Positions 48,188 through 58,976 of a stretch of DNA of 64,000 nucleotides are shown here, one piece after another. The notes under the pieces are model-generated. The model had not been told where the DNA came from. It worked only from the letters and a program-made list of their open reading frames with translations, and ran no database searches. Made by a program: the position numbers and the translations under genes. The stretch covers positions 1 to 64,000 of the forward strand of contig JAVJNR010000001.1 in the NCBI GenBank assembly GCA_040217195.1. Direction: 5' to 3'. Positions within the stretch are counted from its first letter, which is position 1, and each line of letters opens with the position of its first letter. This DNA comes from Leptospiraceae bacterium (GTDB lineage: Bacteria > Spirochaetota > Leptospiria > Leptospirales > Leptonemataceae).

Positions 48188-49801
48188 CTAGCGCATGGCA
48201 GCCAGTACAAGATGCATTCCCTGCACAAGTGCGATGATAAGTATTAGACTAACCGGATAAACGGCAGAATACGCAACAACTGGCTTTTCTGTACTGTCCA
48301 CCTGTCGAATTACATCCAGTCCCGGGGTAAATGTCATTCCTCCGCATATTACGCCAAAGCATTCGCTAATGGAGATTTTCATTACTAAATGTCCAAAGGC
48401 CAGGCTGGCGGCCATGGGAACAACGGCCAGTAACACGGCAAACGCTGCATACAGGATGACTTCCGGGCCCAGATTATTTATAAAGCTCTGTCCGGTGTCG
48501 AATCCTACCTGAACAAAGAATAATGCCAGGCCCAGGTCTTTTAGAACGGCGGTAGCGTTGGGGGGGAATCTACCGATCAAATTTCCGATCCTACCAAAAT
48601 GTCCGAAGAGTAATCCACTAACCAGGGCGCCTCCTGCAAGCCCCAAAGAAAAAGGTCCCATGCCAGGTATAGGAATTATGATTCCTCCAATAAAGAAAGC
48701 CAGAAACAGGGTGGCTGCCATGGAAGCAATATCCACCCGCGGAACTACGGAATGAGCCTCATTGCCCAGAAACATTCTTAGCTGCTCAAGCTGATACGGA
48801 CTGCCTACTGCATGAACTACATCACCATATTCAAGCCTCAAATCCTGGGACGGAAACATCTCTATCTCTGATCGAACAATCCTTGCAATAGAGGCATTGA
48901 ATCGAAGTCGAATTCCCAGTTCTTTCAAAGAGCGATTGATTACGCTCATGTTTTCCACAACAATGCTGCTGGTACTTAAATCCCCATCCAGAGCAATTTC
49001 CTGGTCAACGGATACTCCAACCTGGTCTCCTACGGTAGCTACATCTTCTTCGCTTCCTTCCAGGCGAAGAAGATCTCCCAGTACAAGATTCGTTTTGCCG
49101 CTGGCAGCCAGCAATGTCCCATCTCTGAGAATGCCTGTGACTACAACTCGATTGTCATGGAATAGATCCAGGTTCTTCAACAGTTTGCCTTCCATTTTCT
49201 CATTTTCCATGCGATGCACAGCGGTGAAAATCTTACTCTGTCCTGCCAGTTCCCGGTCCATTCGAGGCCTGAGAAATTTCATGGCAATGTTGATAAAAAC
49301 GATTACACCTAGCAGGCCAAAGGGATAGGCAACTCCATAGCCAAAAATCACTTCACGTTCAGGATTGAATTGCATGGCGCTAATGAGAGCAGGCGAGGAA
49401 GTAAAGGAACCTGCAAAAAGACCCAGACCAATGCCACTATTAATTCCAGAAATCCAGAGAAGTAACACCGTGAAAATTCCTGCGAATAGTAAAAGTGCCA
49501 GAACGTTAGAAACAAAGGAACGGCCATGCTTTTTGAAGGCTCGAAAGAATCCCGGACCGGCTTCCAGACCTACACAGAGCAAGAACAATACAATGCCCAG
49601 ATCCTGCAGAATGGGGATTGGTTCAAACTGAAAGAAATAGCCTCCCACCATGGCAACAACAAGGGTTCCGGAGCTTGCAAATCCAACTCCTTTGATCTGC
49701 AACTTACCAAAGAGCAAACCAAGCAATGTGATTCCAAAAGTTACCAGCAGTTCTGTGGATTGAAAAAAGATCTGAAATTCAACCAGGTTCTCTTCGGCCA
49801 T
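48188..49801 (-). CDS. YidE/YbjL (aspartate:alanine exchanger) transporter with TrkA-C domains
   Basis: GLEAGPGFF, GSFTSSPAL, GYGVAYPFG, GGMTFTPGL, YSAVYP. Confidence 0.88.
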   Translation of the reverse strand: MAEENLVEFQIFFQSTELLVTFGITLLGLLFGKLQIKGVGFASSGTLVVAMVGGYFFQFEPIPILQDLGIVLFLLCVGLEAGPGFFRAFKKHGRSFVSNVLALLLFAGIFTVLLLWISGINSGIGLGLFAGSFTSSPALISAMQFNPEREVIFGYGVAYPFGLLGVIVFINIAMKFLRPRMDRELAGQSKIFTAVHRMENEKMEGKLLKNLDLFHDNRVVVTGILRDGTLLAASGKTNLVLGDLLRLEGSEEDVATVGDQVGVSVDQEIALDGDLSTSSIVVENMSVINRSLKELGIRLRFNASIARIVRSEIEMFPSQDLRLEYGDVVHAVGSPYQLEQLRMFLGNEAHSVVPRVDIASMAATLFLAFFIGGIIIPIPGMGPFSLGLAGGALVSGLLFGHFGRIGNLIGRFPPNATAVLKDLGLALFFVQVGFDTGQSFINNLGPEVILYAAFAVLLAVVPMAASLAFGHLVMKISISECFGVICGGMTFTPGLDVIRQVDSTEKPVVAYSAVYPVSLILIIALVQGMHLVLAAMR

Positions 49802-50038
49802 GAAATCAATCTGTGGAATGTAGTTCAGAGATCAAGGAATCCCCAAATTGAAAATCAGCAAATCAGTCGATTCTGCCCTGGCAGCCGGAAAATGTCCGGC
49901 CCAGACGTATGGTGCTTGAACCGGGGAGATGGATTGGCAATAACCGGGTCTGCTAAAAGAAGCAAAGAGCCGGACTAAACTCTAGAAATTCAAACCGGAA
50001 ACCACAGCCGGATTCTGGCAAGCTGGAAGTCTCGCTCA

Positions 50039-50887
50039 TTACTCAGAATACCCGAATCGTGAAAAGTAGTCCGGCAGATCGGGCAGTTTTGCATCTGTCC
50101 AGGTCCAGGGACCAACCACTGAAACAATGGGGCCATCGCCATTTAGTAATTGAATTAATCCCCTGGTTAAGTCCGCACGCTCGGTCCTTCGATAGGCCTC
50201 GGAGAACTGCTGTCCCAGGGCTTCCTTTTCTCGTCTCGAAGCATACTCCAGGAAAAAATCCAGAAAGCGTAGTCCTGAACCTGCGAATTCTTCTTTCATC
50301 TTGAGTAACTCCGGATTGGATGTACTCTTCATCAATCTTTGAAGCAAAAGCGAAATACCTCTCACGCTTTTGGAGTAGAAGGTTCCACCCCGGACAAGAG
50401 CTCGCCGTTCAGGATTTGACAGGCACCAGTCTTCCATTGCTTTCTTTACATAGCCCAGGGCGCCGTAAAATGCAAGTGTATGCGAAAGCCAGTATAGAGC
50501 GCTGTAACCCACGGTAAGGCCGGGCTTTAGATCCTTTTCCAGTTCCAGCATAGGATAGAAAGAAAACTGGGCTGCCTGTTCATATTGTTCGGCGGTGGTG
50601 TCCTGAATCGGAAATCCTGGTTCTCCCATGGCCGGTGTGAAAATAAGTAAATCGATGGCATCTGACTTTTCTTTCAAGGCATCGCGCAGGTTTGCGGACA
50701 GGCTGGCATCGATTTCAATCCCATGGATCGTCTCATCCGTACCTGGAACGGTTTGATCGGATCGAGTGCTGGCAATTACATGGGCGTTCGGGGAATGATT
50801 TCTTACCGCATCGATGGCGCTTAGCCCGGCCTCGCCGGTGGCTCCAACGATCAATATATTCTTTAATTCTGGTCGCTCAAAGGGCAT
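50039..50887 (-). CDS. Rossmann-fold (SDR-like) hypothetical protein
   Basis: ILIVGATGEAG N-terminal dinucleotide-binding motif. Confidence 0.6.
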   Translation of the reverse strand: MPFERPELKNILIVGATGEAGLSAIDAVRNHSPNAHVIASTRSDQTVPGTDETIHGIEIDASLSANLRDALKEKSDAIDLLIFTPAMGEPGFPIQDTTAEQYEQAAQFSFYPMLELEKDLKPGLTVGYSALYWLSHTLAFYGALGYVKKAMEDWCLSNPERRALVRGGTFYSKSVRGISLLLQRLMKSTSNPELLKMKEEFAGSGLRFLDFFLEYASRREKEALGQQFSEAYRRTERADLTRGLIQLLNGDGPIVSVVGPWTWTDAKLPDLPDYFSRFGYSE

Positions 50888-50976
50888 ACCGAAAGATGGA
50901 ATCTACGGCGAAACTGTAAAGCCTTTCATGAGTTCAGGCCCGATGAGCAGGCCTGAACGGTTCGGGCTGATTGGTT

Positions 50977-51771
50977 TTATGCAGTGGCAGGAGAAGCGCT
51001 GGAGATCAATGACTGAAAGATCTGGATCGCTTTTGAGTAATCACCATTGAATAGATGGGCCATGCCCAGGTCCATGCGAAGTGAAGTATCCATTTTTCCA
51101 GATTTTTCCATCTTCTTCAGTTCTGGCAGTTTTTCATTGTACCGCTTTCTATACTCATTCAGGTTTTGACTGTACGGTTTTCCGGAAATGGATTCATACA
51201 GTCGCAGTAGCATATTCTCTGCATCCTGGTTTCTATTTAGATGAATATAGGATAGGGCCACTCGATGTAGCACCGAAGTTTTCTTGATTTCTTTTCCAAA
51301 AGATTCAAAACCCTTGATCACCTGGTCATGACGTCCGGATTCATGGGCACCCAGCAGGAATCCACCAAGAATGGTAGATTGTCTGTGCCCGGTTTTCATC
51401 AATTTAGAACAAACTGTATAGATTAGATCGTATCGTTTGCTGTGTGAACAGGCAAAGGTGAATCGGTCCAGAGCAAGTTCACTGTAATAGCCTTTATGCA
51501 GTAGCCATCGCGAAAAGTCCATGGCAGCTTTTTCATAGTAGCGCTCATGGTAATGCTTCATCGCCGAAAGTAGATCGTTGAACAACCCGGTTTCTGGAAG
51601 ATTTTGAAGTGGCTTCCCCAGCTCAAGTCGGGCCAGGTTCACGAGCTCCAGACAATCTATGTCCATTGATTCGGCATCTGATACCATTTCTTCGAAATTC
51701 TGGTCACTGTAGAGCTCCCAGAGTTGTTCGATCACATCGGATTCGGTCTTATGTTTTACTGCAGGATTCAT
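50977..51771 (-). CDS. Hypothetical TPR-like protein
   Basis: C-terminal LGMAHLFNGDYSKAIQIFQ TPR-like helix pair. Confidence 0.65.
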   Translation of the reverse strand: MNPAVKHKTESDVIEQLWELYSDQNFEEMVSDAESMDIDCLELVNLARLELGKPLQNLPETGLFNDLLSAMKHYHERYYEKAAMDFSRWLLHKGYYSELALDRFTFACSHSKRYDLIYTVCSKLMKTGHRQSTILGGFLLGAHESGRHDQVIKGFESFGKEIKKTSVLHRVALSYIHLNRNQDAENMLLRLYESISGKPYSQNLNEYRKRYNEKLPELKKMEKSGKMDTSLRMDLGMAHLFNGDYSKAIQIFQSLISSASPATA

Positions 51772-51813
51772 AGGATCTCCTGCCTATTTTTTCGACCTGT
51801 TTGAGGGATTCTT

Positions 51814-53082
51814 TCATCCATTTTCCAGCGATTTACGGTCTATTCCGTACTGCTGAATCTTATTTCGAATGGTATTTCGATGCACATCCAGAAGCTCCGC
51901 AGACTTGCTTACACTTCCAGCGGTGCTTTCCAGAGCCCTGCGAATCAGAAATTCCTCTGCCTGGGCAATGGTAGGAAGGCCCCGGCGGGCTTCAAAGGCT
52001 CCCTGGAGGCTCTTACGTACAAAATCCCGGGAAAAACCCGGTCCATCGGTATTTCCGAAATTCCCTGCAGCTGGATCCATATCACGGTCTTTCGAAGTTT
52101 CTGGCCTGGTATCGGGCTTACCTGAATCGACTAAAGGAAGGGATTTTTGAAGGGAGGGGGGTAGATCTTTCAGTTTCAAGTTGCCGTCTTCGGACAGAAC
52201 GCACAATCTTTCCAGGCAGTTCTCCAGCTCTCGAATGTTTCCAGGCCAGGGATAATCCGCCATTTTTTGAGGCAACATGGGATCTTCCGGGATGAAGATT
52301 CGACCATACTTCTTTTCGAACTCTTTCAGGAAAAAGTCAAAAAGAAGCGGGATATCCTCCTTTCTCTCTCGCAGCGGAGGCAGTAGCAATGGCACCACAT
52401 TTAAACGAAAGTACAGATCCTCCCTGAATCGCTTTTCTCGAACGTCTTCTTCCAGATCTCGATTCGTGGCTGCGATCAGGCGAACATTCACATATACTTC
52501 CCGACCGCTACCCAGAGGTTCTACCTTCTTTTCCTGGATGGCACGAAGTAACTTCACCTGCAGGTTCAGGGGCAGTTCACCAATTTCGTCCAGAAAAAGG
52601 GTTCCTCCTCCGGCCTTTTGAAATCTACCTTCCCTGGTTCTGGAAGCGCCGGTATAGGCTCCTTTTTCCACACCAAATAGTTCCGACTCCAGGAGTGCTT
52701 CCGGTATGCTTCCGCAGGAAACTACAACAAAAGGGCCTTTGTTTCGCAGACTATGAGTATGAATCCATCGAGCGAGTCTGGACTTACCCACACCGCTTTC
52801 GCCCAGGATCAATACATTGGAATCGCTTCTTGCCACCCTGGCTGCCGTAGCATGAATGTCCTGCATTCTTGGATCTCTGGATTCCGGCGGACCCTCACTT
52901 ATGGCTTCCAGACTGGCAAGCAGTGGCTCCAGTTCTTGAATGTCCCGTGGAGAAACCCATTGCCTTTCACGGAGTGTGTCCATTAGCTGTTGATGGGTTT
53001 CAATGGGCTCGTCCAGAAGCGATCGGAACTGCTTTCTGGAAATGAAACCGAACCTTAGAATCAGGTTGAGTATTGCTTCCAT
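51814..53082 (-). CDS. Sigma54-dependent Fis-family activator (bEBP)
   Basis: GESGVGKS, GAYTGA, LFLDEIGEL, WPGNIRELEN, C-terminal HTH. Confidence 0.92.
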   Translation of the reverse strand: MEAILNLILRFGFISRKQFRSLLDEPIETHQQLMDTLRERQWVSPRDIQELEPLLASLEAISEGPPESRDPRMQDIHATAARVARSDSNVLILGESGVGKSRLARWIHTHSLRNKGPFVVVSCGSIPEALLESELFGVEKGAYTGASRTREGRFQKAGGGTLFLDEIGELPLNLQVKLLRAIQEKKVEPLGSGREVYVNVRLIAATNRDLEEDVREKRFREDLYFRLNVVPLLLPPLRERKEDIPLLFDFFLKEFEKKYGRIFIPEDPMLPQKMADYPWPGNIRELENCLERLCVLSEDGNLKLKDLPPSLQKSLPLVDSGKPDTRPETSKDRDMDPAAGNFGNTDGPGFSRDFVRKSLQGAFEARRGLPTIAQAEEFLIRRALESTAGSVSKSAELLDVHRNTIRNKIQQYGIDRKSLENG

Positions 53083-54068
53083 AGCTCCGGAAATTTCTTT
53101 AGCTGATGTTGTAGACTGCCTCTGGATATTCCCAGCAGTCTGGCAGTCTGGCGTTGATTTCCGCCAGTTACATTGAGTGCTGCTTGCAGCAGTTCCTTTT
53201 CTTCTTTTTGTAGTTCATCCCTCAGTTCCTCCACTTTTCGGCGTCGGTATTCCAGGTCATTGGTCCTTACCTGCTCGGGCAGCTGATCTACTGCTATGGT
53301 TTTGGTCGGACTGAGCAGGGCGCAGCGAAAGATTAGATTCTCAAGTTCTCGAACATTTCCTGGCCAGCTATACTGCATGAGTAGTTGCCTGGCATCTTCG
53401 GCGAATGTAAGTCCCGGTCGATCGAACTGTTCAGTGGCCAGCCAGAGATAGTGCTGGATTAACAATGGGATATCCGCCTTTCGCTCACGAAGGGGAGGCA
53501 ATCTCAGCGAAAAGGTCTGAATCCTGTAGAACAGATCGCTTCGAAAGGATCCTCTATCTACTTCTGTGGCCAATTGCTGGTTTGTTGCGAAGATAAATCT
53601 TACATCGGCTTTCACTGTATCAGAAGAGCCCACCTTTTCGAACTCTCCTTCCTGTACCAGCCGCAAGAGCTTCACCTGCTGCATCAAAGGCAGATCACCG
53701 ATTTCATCCAGAAAAAGAGTGCCTCCGGAGGCGCGTTGCACGTAACCTTCCGTGTCGGCATCGGCACCTGTGTAGGCTCCCTGCACATGTCCGAACAATT
53801 CATTCTCTACCAGTTCGGCGGGTATGGCCGAGCAGTTCAAGGCCACAATCGGTCCGGCCCGGCTGCTCAATCCATGAATAATTCTTGCAACTCTTTCCTT
53901 ACCTGTGCCCGTTTCTCCTTCAATCAGTACAGGATGGTTATGTTCTGCAAATCGCTCGGCCAGCTCCAGGATCTCTGCCATGGCTCCGCCGGCCTCAAAG
54001 ACAAAAGTGACGCTCGGATCTACCTTATGGGAAGAATGGGATGGGATGGCTCTGGGATAAAGAGACAT
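53061..54068 (-). CDS. Sigma54-dependent Fis-family activator (bEBP), no N-terminal sensor domain
   Basis: GETGTGKE, GAYTGA, LFLDEIGDL, WPGNVRELEN, GNQRQTARLLGISR HTH. Confidence 0.92.
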   Translation of the reverse strand: MSLYPRAIPSHSSHKVDPSVTFVFEAGGAMAEILELAERFAEHNHPVLIEGETGTGKERVARIIHGLSSRAGPIVALNCSAIPAELVENELFGHVQGAYTGADADTEGYVQRASGGTLFLDEIGDLPLMQQVKLLRLVQEGEFEKVGSSDTVKADVRFIFATNQQLATEVDRGSFRSDLFYRIQTFSLRLPPLRERKADIPLLIQHYLWLATEQFDRPGLTFAEDARQLLMQYSWPGNVRELENLIFRCALLSPTKTIAVDQLPEQVRTNDLEYRRRKVEELRDELQKEEKELLQAALNVTGGNQRQTARLLGISRGSLQHQLKKFPELWKQYST

Positions 54069-54225
54069 GACTTATCCTAAAGAGGAGGCACCGTCGAATA
54101 AGTCAAGTGGTGCATGCAAGCATTAGACTCCAGCCAGAGGGAGGATCGTAAATGCGACTCAGGCTACAGTGGCTGAATGAAAATGCGCAGACCAAAATGC
54201 AGGATGAATACATCGCAGGAGCGCC

Positions 54226-54501
54226 TCACCGGGAATAGGTTATATCAAAACCACTATATTGCTGGGGAGTTACTTCCTGCTGGTCCAGACGGTCCACCCT
54301 TGCCAGAGCCGGTCCTTTATGTAGTTCAGCGAGAAATCTCTGGAGAGCAGATGGATCTCCCTGAACCCTGCATTCCACAGAACCATCCGACCGATTTTTC
54401 ACCCAGCCCCGCAGGGCCAGTCTGCGAGCTCTGGAGGCAGTGAATTGCCTGAATCCCACTCCCTGAACTCTTCCGATTACCTGGATATGCAATTCCTTCA
54501 T
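54226..54501 (-). CDS. acyP: Acylphosphatase
   Basis: GRVQGVGFR, GWVKNRSDGSVE. Confidence 0.92.
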   Translation of the reverse strand: MKELHIQVIGRVQGVGFRQFTASRARRLALRGWVKNRSDGSVECRVQGDPSALQRFLAELHKGPALARVDRLDQQEVTPQQYSGFDITYSR

Positions 54502-54628
54502 TCTAACCCAGGGTACAGGGGCCCCCGGAACTGATGCAAGTAGGATCTGGGGTCGCTGAACGGGAGCAGGTGCTGTGCCGATACCTGCAAATGGATTGCC
54601 CCTGGCAAAGCAGCCTCCAAAAAGGCCT

Positions 54629-55384
54629 ATGGCCGTCATACTGGATAAATCCACTCTATCACGCAGCCTTTCGGTGAATCTGGACCATATGGCCACCCTT
54701 CGACAGGTGCGCAAAACCAGTTATCCTTCGCTTACCACCGCTGCCGGAATCTGTGAAGTTGCCGGTGCCGATGGGGTGACCCTTCATTTAAGAGAGGATC
54801 GACGGCATATTCAGGATCGAGATCTTGAAATCCTAAGAGAAACCTCATTGCTTCCTATAACCCTGGAGATGGGTTCTACAGATGAAATGGTATCTATCGC
54901 ACTGCGAACTCATCCACATGCAGTTACCCTGGTGCCCGAGCGACGGCAGGAATTAACCACTGAGGGCGGTCTGGATGCCATTGGTCTGGAAAAGCAATTA
55001 TCCGCTGTGGTAGGCAAACTAAAGGAAAAGGGAATTGTAGTGTGCCTTTTTCTGGAGCCAGATGTGGACCAGATTCAAAAAGCGTATGACCTGGGCTGCG
55101 ATTCTGTGGAATTACATACAGGGGCCTATGCTCTGGATTGGGAGCAGTCCCGTACTCAGGCCATCGAGAAGCATCTGAGTAGAATTCAATCTTCCGTGGA
55201 GCGTGGATGTGAACTGGGGCTTCAGATGAATGCAGGCCATGGATTGCATTATCAAAATATACGACCTCTGTCCGCTCTGCCAGGTCTTACGGAATTTTCC
55301 ATAGGTCATTCGATCATATGTAGATCTCTATTTGTGGGTCTGGAAAAAGCCGTACGGGAAATGGCAGATCTGATTCGTTCCTGA
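54629..55384 (+). CDS. pdxJ: Pyridoxine 5'-phosphate synthase
   Basis: VNLDHMATLRQ, HLREDRRHI, ELTTEGGLD, NAGHGL, SIGH. Confidence 0.95.
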   Translation: MAVILDKSTLSRSLSVNLDHMATLRQVRKTSYPSLTTAAGICEVAGADGVTLHLREDRRHIQDRDLEILRETSLLPITLEMGSTDEMVSIALRTHPHAVTLVPERRQELTTEGGLDAIGLEKQLSAVVGKLKEKGIVVCLFLEPDVDQIQKAYDLGCDSVELHTGAYALDWEQSRTQAIEKHLSRIQSSVERGCELGLQMNAGHGLHYQNIRPLSALPGLTEFSIGHSIICRSLFVGLEKAVREMADLIRS

Positions 55385-55437
55385 TGCCAGATACAATCTG
55401 AATCCGGTTCTAACATTATTTCTGGAATGCGAAACAA

Positions 55438-57261
55438 TTGGATATTCTGAATATACTGATAGATCGAGTTGAGAACGTAAATGTTTTCAATTTAATCCAG
55501 GGCCGAACCCCTGGCCGTGATACGCATTTGCATACAAGCGTGGATCAAGATTTGATTCAGGAATTTCTGGAAGAACTGGAAAGAATTGCTCATCTTTCGA
55601 ATCAGCTGGAAGGTGGATTAACCTTTGAATTGAATCTATCCCGGCGTCTGCGAAATGCAGGCCAGACATTCTTCGATCAGTTCTTTCCGGATCCCATTCA
55701 GGAAAAGTTGCGAAACAGCGAAGGCGGATTCCTCTTTTTTCATGTAGACCAGACCCTTGCCAGTCTGCCCTGGGAACTTCTATACGAAGGCACCTGCTTT
55801 CTTGCAGATAAGTTCTCCATAGGAAAAAATATTGCAGGGTTCTGGGCTGAATCGCAACGGGCGGAAAGAGATCGTCTGCGCGTTTTGATCATCGCAGATC
55901 CTACCGATGATCTGGACTGGGCCCGCCAGGAAGGGGAGGGATTACTGGAATCGTTGAATGCAGATGTTAGCTCGGATCGCATTGATGTTGAATTGTTAAC
56001 CGGTCCCAGACTGGGAAAGATGGAGCTTCTAGAGGCCATTCGAGACAGAGATATAATTCATTATGCCGGGCATCTGCACTATGATCCCCGTCAAAAAGAA
56101 AGTGGATGGCTGCTACCCGAAGGAAAGATCCTGAGAGCCCGGGAAATTGAAAAGATGGGCTCTCTTCCGGGGCTGGTATTCTCCAATAGCTGTATGAGTA
56201 TGCCAGATCATTTACGCAGACAGGAGGTGTCTGGCGACGATGATTCTGGAAATGAGGGCAGGCGATTCAATCATCTGGCTGGAGCATTCTTGCGAGCCGG
56301 AATTGCCAGCTATATTGGCACCTCCTGGGAGATTCGGGATTCGGATCATACCTTTCAATTTGCTCTGCAATTCTATCGCTCATTATTTGAAGAAAGATCC
56401 GTGGGCGAAGCGATATTCGATGCCAGAAAACATGCAAGACAGCAGTTCCCGGAAAATGATTTAACCTGGGCTGCATACAATCTACATGGAAATCCATTAA
56501 CCAGAATCTTTCGCTCCGGGAATCGACGGACCTTCGACGCCTCCCGTAACATACTTACATCAAGAAGAATTATTCAGCAATATCCATATCCAATCAGCAG
56601 GCTCTATAAGAGTTTTCTGGATGCCCAGGATCGAGGTGAGACGGACAGCGCCTTGATGCTGGAGAAGCTTTCCAGATGCTTTTTTCACACTCTTGGAATT
56701 TGTGGCTCCATCTTATTTTGCAATCTGGAAAGTTTGAAGATTCGCTTACCAGGTTTGAATAATGCTCTGGATTTCCAGGCCTGGACCCATGAAATATTTG
56801 AGGGCCTAAATAAGGTTCATTCCCTGGGAGTGGAGTTAACGGCGCCGGGGCTTGTGGAATCTTTCTTTCTTCACCGGGACAATATTGAAAAGCTTCTGAA
56901 ATGGAGTTCTTCTCTATCCGAAGAGGGAGAACATCCGGATGCTTACATGGTTACCTTTCAATACCTTTTTGACAACCTGCTTACAGATTTATCCTTTCTG
57001 GGAAGGCATAGAATGGTTTATCTGAAAGATGGAGCCGGCGATGCTCTGGAACTGAGAGGTCAGAATCTCACTGAAATGAGAATCCTTCCCAGTCAGATGG
57101 AAAATGTTCAATTATCAAGGTCCATCATGAAGTCTGCCGGGCAGCTCTGCTTTTTCAATACTTCCAGAAGATCGCTACTTTCGCTTTCACCTTACATGCG
57201 ATTCGAACCTTCGGAAAAGGAGCTGCAGTATCCTTTGCTGGGCTGGAGCGATGAAACCTGA
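55438..57261 (+). CDS. CHAT-domain (caspase-like) protein
   Basis: LPWELL, IIHYAGH, FSNSC, LAGAFLRAG, W.I.D, FY..L, WAAY..HG. Confidence 0.88.
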   Translation: MDILNILIDRVENVNVFNLIQGRTPGRDTHLHTSVDQDLIQEFLEELERIAHLSNQLEGGLTFELNLSRRLRNAGQTFFDQFFPDPIQEKLRNSEGGFLFFHVDQTLASLPWELLYEGTCFLADKFSIGKNIAGFWAESQRAERDRLRVLIIADPTDDLDWARQEGEGLLESLNADVSSDRIDVELLTGPRLGKMELLEAIRDRDIIHYAGHLHYDPRQKESGWLLPEGKILRAREIEKMGSLPGLVFSNSCMSMPDHLRRQEVSGDDDSGNEGRRFNHLAGAFLRAGIASYIGTSWEIRDSDHTFQFALQFYRSLFEERSVGEAIFDARKHARQQFPENDLTWAAYNLHGNPLTRIFRSGNRRTFDASRNILTSRRIIQQYPYPISRLYKSFLDAQDRGETDSALMLEKLSRCFFHTLGICGSILFCNLESLKIRLPGLNNALDFQAWTHEIFEGLNKVHSLGVELTAPGLVESFFLHRDNIEKLLKWSSSLSEEGEHPDAYMVTFQYLFDNLLTDLSFLGRHRMVYLKDGAGDALELRGQNLTEMRILPSQMENVQLSRSIMKSAGQLCFFNTSRRSLLSLSPYMRFEPSEKELQYPLLGWSDET

Positions 57262-57427
57262 GACTCCGGGATTGATGGGCGGTGCAGAATACTTCAGACC
57301 AGAGTGGCGAAGTCTATTGCAGTTGAGCCAACCCGGTCTAAGAAGTATACCTGAGAGTAATTCAGAATCTATTAAGGGCTGATCTCTTCTGGATGGTAGA
57401 GCAACCCATATGAAAGTTCCGTAAAGA

Positions 57428-58147
57428 ATGAATGCCTGTCAGAAAAAGAATGTGTCCTGCTTTGCCTGCTGTGGTGTGGCTAATCTGAATTTATCCGAAG
57501 GGCAAAGGCAAAGAATTCTGGAAGAGAGAACCCGGGAATTCCATACTCTGGAAATGGATTTTCAGCGATTTCCAGAATATAGAGCCCAACGAGAAAAGAA
57601 AGAAAGCTCCATTCAGAGGCATAATCCGGAAACCTATGTTTGTCCCTTCCTGGGCTATATTGAGCCCAATAGACCTGGGTGCATGATTCATCCGGCTCGC
57701 ACCGGGCATCCAACCTCGCAAAACTATTCCTTCTACGGGGCCTCGATTTGTCTGTCCTATGATTGCTCTGCCAAGGATGCAGAAGAAAAATCCGGCAACA
57801 CCGCTTACTCGGATTTTCTGGAGAGGGTGCAACCAGAGAATTACCATCGCTTGATATGTGACAGTGCTCTTTTTAGTTTGCTTGAAACCATACCGGATTT
57901 CCCGGATTCGGTATGCAGAGCCCCGGAAAGGAACTCTGCTCTGGAAAGACTCATTGAATTGCGATTGAATCATCCTGACTCAGAAAGGATTACATCCTTT
58001 GAAAGGCTGATGGTCAGAGCCAGCGACTCCCAGGCTACCATGGAAGAGCTGTTTTTGCCTGAGAATCACCGGGAGGCCCGCCAATGTTTGAATAGTCTGA
58101 AAGTGCTATTTACAGATCGGGTGGATGGAAGTAGTCTGGATCGTTAG
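57428..58147 (+). CDS. Hypothetical Cys-rich protein
   Basis: SCFACCG, CPFLG, GCMIHP, YG..IC..YDC. Confidence 0.65.
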   Translation: MNACQKKNVSCFACCGVANLNLSEGQRQRILEERTREFHTLEMDFQRFPEYRAQREKKESSIQRHNPETYVCPFLGYIEPNRPGCMIHPARTGHPTSQNYSFYGASICLSYDCSAKDAEEKSGNTAYSDFLERVQPENYHRLICDSALFSLLETIPDFPDSVCRAPERNSALERLIELRLNHPDSERITSFERLMVRASDSQATMEELFLPENHREARQCLNSLKVLFTDRVDGSSLDR

Positions 58148-58233
58148 GACGGTTCGTTCTGATTGGTCGTCATCTTTGGAAAGAGTGAAAATTTGATAGA
58201 GTCAGAGCAATCACAAAGAAATTACAAGATACT

Positions 58234-58854
58234 ATGATATTACCCTGCCATCCAGACAATCCAGAAAAACGTACCATACAGCGAATTGTGGACGGACTTC
58301 AGCGAGAGGAGATATTCATTGTTCCTACAGATACAGTGTATGCATTTATTTGCAGCATGGATTCTCCGCGAAGCATCGCCGAGCTGTATCGGTTAAAGGA
58401 TATTCCGGAAACCCAGCCTCTGAGTTTGCTCTGCAAGGATGTGGCCATGGCATCCCATTACGCCAGAAGCATTCCAAACTATGCATTCAGATTCATTAAA
58501 GCTCATACCCCGGGTCCATACACATTTATTCTAAGCGCGAACCGGGAGATGGATCGCAGGGGAACTGGCAAGCGCAAGGAAGTGGGTATTCGGATTGTAG
58601 ACCATCCTCTTCATAGAGAGATCATGGAAAGAATTGATACACCTCTTGTAAGTACATCCATCATCCGACCGGAGGAATTCTCCACAGACGCAGAATACCT
58701 GGATGAGCAGTTCGGACATCGAATTTCTGCCGTGGTCGAGGGCGGAAGCAGGCATCATAATCTGTCTACCATACTGGACTGTACCGGCAAATCATTCGTT
58801 TTAATGCGGGAAGGGGTAGGAAGTATTGAAGAGCTGGATCTGAATGAGCAATAG
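58234..58854 (+). CDS. Sua5/YciO/YrdC family protein (threonylcarbamoyl-AMP synthase-like)
   Basis: PTDTVYA, PGPYTFIL, VGIR, STS, STILD. Confidence 0.9.
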   Translation: MILPCHPDNPEKRTIQRIVDGLQREEIFIVPTDTVYAFICSMDSPRSIAELYRLKDIPETQPLSLLCKDVAMASHYARSIPNYAFRFIKAHTPGPYTFILSANREMDRRGTGKRKEVGIRIVDHPLHREIMERIDTPLVSTSIIRPEEFSTDAEYLDEQFGHRISAVVEGGSRHHNLSTILDCTGKSFVLMREGVGSIEELDLNEQ

Positions 58855-58976
58855 TTAAGCCACAGAACTGGAACTTAGATTCCAGGAAAACCTAAGTATT
58901 GCAAAATCAAGGTCCAATCATAGATCAACGAAGAGATCAGAATTCATTCAAAGGAAAAAAGGAGAAATAAAGGGCA

